Assembly (NCBI GenBank): GCA_964016885.1
Contig: OZ024741.1
Location: 215,326,001-215,390,000, forward strand
Direction: 5' to 3'
DNA: 64,000 bases
DNA from: Eledone cirrhosa
Lineage: Eukaryota
The notes below the pieces were generated by a model that was given only the letters and a program-made list of their open reading frames with translations, did not search any database and was not told the origin of the DNA. The stretch's first letter is position 1. Every line of letters starts with the position of its first letter. Positions 58,383 through 64,000 of the stretch are shown piece by piece. Both the position numbers and the translations under genes were made by a program.

Positions 58383-59885
58383 ATGGGTTCAAGCGATTCC
58401 GCCCAAATTACTGATCTTGTGGGCCTCTTTCTCCTTTTCAACATAAATGCCTCTTTTCCCCACCTCAAAGGTGGTTTATATCGTGATGACTGTCTTCTTC
58501 TTTCTAACAACCTTAGCCTTTCAGAAATCGAAAAAAACAAAAAACATATTAGAACTTTCCTTAAAGACTATTATAATCTTAATATTACTTTTGAAAAAAC
58601 AAGTAAAGTAGTAAATTTCCTAGATATAACTTTAGATTTAGCTACGGGTATATACCAACCTTACCATAAACCTAACCAAAACTTACATTACATACACTCA
58701 CAATCTAATCACCCTAAATCTATCCTTAAAAACCTTGCATATAATATATCACTTAGAATTTCTAACCTTTCTTCTAACCAAGATGTATTTGATAAAAATG
58801 CGACCTTTTATAATGAAGCTCTAGATAGAAGTGGCCACAAAAATAGATTAGAGTATATACCTTCTACTAAAAATACTGAAAGCATACAGCATAATATTAC
58901 CAACAAACACCAAATGAAAAGTACACACCTAAATGCCACCCACAATATACCCCAAAATACTAAATCTTCTAATATAAAGTATAGTAACCCTCAAAAAACT
59001 ACTCATCATACAACTATAATAAATATTAATAATAAAACTCCTAATAAAAAAGATAAAACACCTAAATCTACAAATATAACTAAAAATAGTTGTGGTGAGA
59101 TCATTAACATTAATCCTCCTAGTAAAAATCATGATACAACCTATAAAAATAATAAAAATAATAAACAACATAGAAACCGTAATAGACGAGTTACTTGGTA
59201 TAATGCTCCTTTTAATTTACAAGTTAAGGATAATATTGCTAAAAAATTTTTTTATATCCTTGAGAAAAACTTCCCGCCAAACCACAAATACCATCAAATC
59301 TTAAATAGGTCTACAGTTAAATTCTCATACTCTACAACAAATAACATAAAACAAAATATAAGTGCATATAATGCATATAAATGTAAGAAAACCATAAGTA
59401 TACCACCAGTACATCAAATTAACAATAATATCTCCTCAAATACAGAATTAACGAAAGGATGTAACTGTAGAAACAAAACAAACTGCCCATTAAAAGGGAA
59501 TTGTCTTGTTAACAACATAGTCTATAAATGTAATGTTAAAACTAAAGATTCTATTTGCTCATATATAGGAGCTACCTCTAACAATTTTAAGACAAGGTTT
59601 AATACCCACAAACATAGTTTTAAAAATGCCGCACTGGCTAATACAACATCTCTAGCAGAAAAAATCAATAGTTATAAAAATAAGAATATAAAATATGATT
59701 TGACCTGGAGTGTGCTCAAAAGAGCCACCCCTTATCAAAATAATAGAAAGGAATGTAGATTATGTTCCCAAGAACTATTTGAAATAATGAAGTCTAAGGA
59801 TATCTTATTAAATAAACGACAGGAATTAATTATATCGTGTAATCATAAACTAAAAAAAACATTTAAATATTATAAACCTAATTAA
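58383..59885 (+). CDS. 5'-truncated but uninterrupted PLE ORF: RT C-terminal half, thumb, Asn/Lys-rich linker, zinc motif, GIY-YIG endonuclease
   Basis: MGSSDSAQITDLVG, GGLYRDD, VNFLDI, PYHKPN, SNHP, WYNAPF, KFSYS, CNC..CPLKGNCL, IVYKC..YIG, RFNTHK, CRLCSQE, LLNKRQE..CNH. The ATG is an internal RT methionine, not the native start. Confidence 0.9.
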   Translation: MGSSDSAQITDLVGLFLLFNINASFPHLKGGLYRDDCLLLSNNLSLSEIEKNKKHIRTFLKDYYNLNITFEKTSKVVNFLDITLDLATGIYQPYHKPNQNLHYIHSQSNHPKSILKNLAYNISLRISNLSSNQDVFDKNATFYNEALDRSGHKNRLEYIPSTKNTESIQHNITNKHQMKSTHLNATHNIPQNTKSSNIKYSNPQKTTHHTTIININNKTPNKKDKTPKSTNITKNSCGEIININPPSKNHDTTYKNNKNNKQHRNRNRRVTWYNAPFNLQVKDNIAKKFFYILEKNFPPNHKYHQILNRSTVKFSYSTTNNIKQNISAYNAYKCKKTISIPPVHQINNNISSNTELTKGCNCRNKTNCPLKGNCLVNNIVYKCNVKTKDSICSYIGATSNNFKTRFNTHKHSFKNAALANTTSLAEKINSYKNKNIKYDLTWSVLKRATPYQNNRKECRLCSQELFEIMKSKDILLNKRQELIISCNHKLKKTFKYYKPN

Positions 59886-60421
59886 TAACATTATTCTAGA
59901 AATTAATTTAATTTAAATGTTAGTTAACCTATAAATTTAATTTAATTAATATTTTATTACAGATGAGAAAATATTATGTAATCATAAATTGTGAAAAACA
60001 TTTAAATATTACTAATATATACTTAGTAATTTAATTTATAGATTAATTTTAATTTATTTAAACCTTTTATTATAATTCTTTTACAGATAAAATATAACAA
60101 AATAATATCATGTATCCAATGACGGAGAAAGAATTTTTAGTATTATAGACCTAATTAATATACATTTTGGAAATATATTTATTATTTGGTTTTAGTTTTA
60201 ATCAACCTAAAACTTTAATTTTAATTTGCTTAAAATTAGTATCCTTATACAGACGAATTGCAGAATGTCATGTAATCATAGAATGGGATGTGTTTTGGAT
60301 ATATACCTAGTTAATATATTCTGTGCAATTTTTTGAAAAAGATATGTATATGTATATGTATATGTATATGTGTGTGTTGTGTATGTGTATCTGTATGTAT
60401 GTATATGTGTGTATATATGTA

Positions 60422-60460
<39 letters not shown>

Positions 60461-61612
60461 ATATGTATGTATATGTGTATGTGTATGTATATGTATATGT
60501 ATGCGTATTAATTTTGATTTCTATTTGCATATAATTATATTATGCTATTGATGAAATACAATATCTGCTTTATGTATTGTATACCTAATTAACATATACT
60601 AATTAACGTATACTATTGAAATAAATATATAATTTTTAGTTTAGTTAACATATAATTTATATGCTACTACCGATGTAATACTTTATTTTATTTTTATTTG
60701 GGTTTCTTTTCCCTATTACTAAATTCATCTCCTAATATTGATACCATAACGTTATTAACTTTAATTTAGTTATAATGTAATTAATAATCTACTACTGTTT
60801 GACTTCAAAATTCTGCTTCAAATATTATAAACCTAACTAATTTACACCTTAGAAATCAATATGTTGACTATCTTTGGTTTAGTTAACATATGATTAATGG
60901 TATACTTATTTATTTTGAGATGCATAGATTTCGTATTTCCTAGCACTGAAAATATGTAAGAACATACATTGAATTAAGATACGGAAAATATTATATGTTT
61001 CTTGAAACATATATTTACTTTGATCCCCTTCTCCAAACCCCCCCTTTCCCCCATACTATTATCATCTGTATTTGTAAGCGTCTATATATGAATATATATG
61101 TAGGTAGGTGTCTATATAGGTTTGGGTATTTATATCTAAATATAAAAATACATATATGAGCATGCAAATATGAATGTAAGATTGTGTGTGTATATATGAT
61201 TGTACATACATATGTATGTATATATATGTATATATATGTATTATATATGTATGTGTATGTGAATGTGTTGTATGTATATGTGTATGTATGTGTATATATG
61301 TGTATGTATGTGTATGCTTGTATATATAGGAATATATATATGTGTATATATGTATGTATATGTATATGCGTGTATGTATGTATGTGTATGTGTGTTGTGT
61401 ATATATATGTATGTCTCTCTATTTATATGTTTATCTTCGTATCTATGTGATATATGTGTATGTGTGTGCACGTATGCATATGTATGTGTTTGTGTGTGTT
61501 TGTATGTGTGTGTGTATATATGTGTATGTGCGCACACTCACATACACATATATATATATATATATATGTGAGTGTGTATGTGTGTCTGTGTGTGTGTGTG
61601 TGTGTGTATGTG

Positions 61613-61650
<38 letters not shown>

Positions 61651-61957
61651 GATATATATATATATATATGTATAGGTGTCTATGTGTGAATATATGTCTT
61701 TATTCGTATGTGTGTATTTATGTATGTATATATTTATGTGTATGTATGTATGTGTATGTATGTATGTATATATATATATATATATATATGTATATGTATA
61801 TATATATATGTATATTATTCTTTATTATTATTGTAATATAACTTATGTGTATATGTGTATAAGTGAGGTTGTGTATGTATATATAATATGTGTATATATA
61901 AGAGTAATGAAATATATATATATATATATATGTGCATGTCTGTTTTTTATGTGTGTG

Positions 61958-61992
<35 letters not shown>

Positions 61993-62082
61993 GTATACGT
62001 GTGTGTATATAGATATATATATATATATACATGTGGGTGTTTGTATGTGTATTTATGGTGGTATGAGTGTGTGGATATATAT

Positions 62083-62119
<37 letters not shown>

Positions 62120-62123
62120 TCTA

Positions 62124-62178
<55 letters not shown>

Positions 62179-62499
62179 ATATATATGTGTGTGTGTGTAT
62201 AGTGTGTGTGTATGTATGTGTGTATATATATATATCTCTATTAATGCGTGTGTGTATGTATATACATATGCCTTTTTATTATTATTTTCATTTGTATGTC
62301 TGAGTTTGGTGAGGTTGTATTGTTTTTTATGTATATACACATATATGAAAGCGTATGTATTTATTTATATGAGTATAAGTAGGTGCATATGTATGTATGA
62401 TTATATATCTAATTCTATGTATGAAGGTACATCTATATATATATATATATATACGTGTGTATGTAAGTTGTGTGTGTATGTATCTTTATGTCTATGTGA

Positions 62500-62545
<46 letters not shown>

Positions 62546-62634
62546 CGATGTGCGTATATGTATGTACATGTATGTACATGTATGTGTGTATGTATGTGTA
62601 TGTATATTTAGATGTATGTGTATGTATATGTATA

Positions 62635-62685
<51 letters not shown>

Positions 62686-63506
62686 ATATATATATATATG
62701 GATATATATCTTTATTATCTATTTTTTATATATATGTGTATGTGTGTATGTGTTGCGCGTGTGTGTGTGTATATATATATCTTTTTATATGTGTATGTGT
62801 ATGTTCGTGTAAGTGTATGTGTGTGTATGACTGTATATGTATGTGTGTATGTGTGTATGCGTAAATATCTCTATGTGCGCGTACATGTATGTATGTGTGT
62901 ATATATATCTGTATGTGTATGTACATTATATTATATTTATTATATTTTATTGTTTTTATTTTTTTATTTTTCTTAATTTATAGATACATTTATATTAGGC
63001 AGTCTGCTCAGACAATTGAATACTGACCCCTCCCCCCCCTCCCACCTAATTTCTGTATCTTGATCTTGAAATGTGTGTGCCAGTGTTTTATGTGAGTGAC
63101 TTAATTTCTATGTGCTTATGATTTTATATCCACATATATAAATGTGAGTGGGGGAGTGTGTGTGTTTGTATGTTCGTGGTTGTGTGTATATTTATGCATA
63201 TACGCGCATGTATGTGTGATTATACTGATATGTGTGAGTATGAAAAAATATATTTATATGCTTGACTCCATAAGTATCAATGCGCATCTTATCAGCGCAT
63301 TAAGCTTACAGAGATATTAACCTTGAAATTTTGTGTTTGCATCCATCTTTTTAGTATGCGCATACAAATTATACACACATTATTGTAAAATATGTGTAAG
63401 GATTTTACATGTATATACACACACCGAACTGCTTTTAACCCTTTGTGTTTTCATTGGTCAATTTTGAACTGATATTTTGAATTGTTGTTATTATCAATAA
63501 ATATAC

Positions 63507-63661
63507 TTCATTATTTCTGAAGACGGCGTATATATGTGTTAGGTATGTATATTTAATCTTGATAATTTGTATAATTTTGTATAATTTTGTACATAGATCT
63601 GTTGAATATGCATACCAATTATAACACATATATACCCTAGAAACGATCGTTAAATAATGAA
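63507..63661 (+). ncRNA. Type I hammerhead with very long stem II
   Basis: ttcattattt CTGAAGA c ggcgtatatatgtgtta..(~80 nt)..taacacatatataccc ta GAAA cgatcg TT aaataatgaa: 10-bp stem I, palindromic stem III, GUU triplet. Confidence 0.85.
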
Positions 63662-63706
63662 CTTTTTTTGTTTAATATAAGGAATTGTTTATTCATTATT
63701 TGTTTA

Positions 63707-63765
<59 letters not shown>

Positions 63766-64000
63766 ATACAATTTTTTGTGTTCAGGTATGTGTGTGTTTG
63801 TGTGTCTGTCTGTGTGTGTATGACTTCCTGTATCAGAGCCTTCGTCACCGAGATCATATGACGGAAGTGTGTTGTGAAATGGAGAGAGCGGTGTAATAGA
63901 CAGATTATATAATGGTTGGATGTAGGGGGTATATATATTCATATATATACATATGAAACATATATATATATACATATACATATACATATATGTACATATA

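Larger units (their letters stand above)
52892..63715. mobile_element. Giant palindromic Naiad-type PLE insertion: arms 53026-~58368 and ~58374-63715, tail 52892-53025
   Basis: The whole ORF track is mirrored about ~58371; (TA)n at both outer ends. Confidence 0.95.

Noticed and set aside
57172-58392. 406-aa ORF with N-terminus MNPYSNL as an independent gene
   Set aside because: The start is created by reading across the palindrome centre; it is the mirror of the truncated PLE ORF.

Overview
AT-rich eukaryotic non-genic DNA, saturated with microsatellites and made almost entirely of retroelements. The SINE types and (TA)n/(CA)n density suggest an octopus or other coleoid mollusc (inference). 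No host gene could be supported. Contents: (i) a head-to-tail array of Tx1/L1-clade LINEs with (TATC)n tails (1-6046); (ii) a decayed R4/Dong-like LINE with a restriction-like endonuclease (19345-23140), plus RTE and hAT relics; (iii) many tRNA-derived SINEs; (iv) at least six families of Penelope-like elements (PLEs) of Naiad type (YRDD RT, CxCx4-5CPxxGxC linker, C-terminal GIY-YIG). The PLEs are the striking feature. Nearly every insertion is a fold-back structure sitting in (TA)n, with two outward-pointing pLTR arms that usually carry a type I hammerhead ribozyme (about 20 hammerhead or hammerhead-like motifs were read by eye). In all four ORF-bearing cases where polarity can be read, the arm continuous with the ORF stops short, while the inverted arm at the 5' truncation carries an extra ~75-120 nt tail. 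Sizes range from ~200-bp ORF-less hairpins to a near-perfect 10.7-kb palindrome (53026-63715) with two copies of a 500-codon RT/GIY-YIG ORF. All calls were made by eye; boundaries are approximate to a few bases.
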